Notes under the pieces: model-generated
The model's input: the letters and a program-made list of their open reading frames with translations, nothing else
Database searches by the model: none
What the model was told of the DNA's origin: nothing
Made by a program: the position numbers and the translations under genes
Shown here: positions 63,868-64,000 of the stretch, piece after piece
How positions within the stretch are numbered: position 1 is the stretch's first letter
Layout of the letters: each line of letters opens with the position of its first letter
Source: Mytilus edulis
Taxonomy: Eukaryota
NCBI RefSeq assembly: GCF_963676685.1
Contig: NC_092349.1
Coordinates: 31,124,001-31,188,000, forward strand
Direction of reading: 5' to 3'
Length of the DNA: 64,000 nt

Positions 63868-63969
63868 GATGATGATACTATCTTACACTTAGCTGTTAAA
63901 GGTGGAAATCTTCACATAGTCAAATTGTTATTAGAAAGAACAGATATAGATCCAAACAAAGTAAACAAG
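63868..63969 (+). CDS. Ankyrin-repeat exon A15 (DDDTILHLAVKGGNLHIVKLLLERTDIDPNKVNK)
   Basis: ttttcag|102 nt open|gtatga. Confidence 0.92.
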
Positions 63970-64000
63970 GTATGAAATGTAGATCTAGTCAGTGTTGGAA

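Larger units (their letters stand above)
6074..63969 (+). other. Partial multi-exon ankyrin-repeat gene; one 34-aa ankyrin repeat per 102-nt phase-0 exon (13 intact + 2 damaged exons in window)
   Basis: Each exon is bounded by pyrimidine-rich yAG and GTA donor, measures 102 nt, and translates to xxxTPLHLAxxxGxxxIVKLLLERTDIDPNKxNx. Confidence 0.92.

Noticed and set aside
6074-63969. Recombination signal sequences or somatic rearrangement machinery for the cassettes
   Set aside because: No RSS-like or inverted motifs flank the exons, and the nearby recombinase and transposase genes are inactivated transposon relics

Overview
AT-rich, repeat-dense animal genomic DNA. The repeat families resemble those of a bivalve, probably a Mytilus mussel (inferred from recognition, not verified). 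The host gene is a + strand ankyrin-repeat gene in which every repeat is its own 102-nt, phase-0/phase-0 exon. I read 13 intact exons and 2 damaged ones between 6074 and 63969; neither the start nor the stop of the gene is visible. The exons multiplied by tandem and segmental duplication together with their intron flanks, and they vary mainly at predicted binding-surface positions, so the array looks like a modular, shuffle-ready cassette library. The introns and flanks carry two Naiad-type Penelope RT relics (one with a probable Sec-type TGA), a degenerate DIRS/Ngaro-like element, and a (TA)n-anchored nest of two Neptune-type Penelope families with head-to-head inversions, hammerhead ribozymes and a candidate -1 frameshift site. 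They also carry a tRNA-headed 441-bp repeat, an 8.5-kb Sola3-like DNA transposon, MITEs, SINEs, a 50-bp minisatellite and an 8-9 kb segmental duplication. Most short ORFs in the supplied track are spurious.
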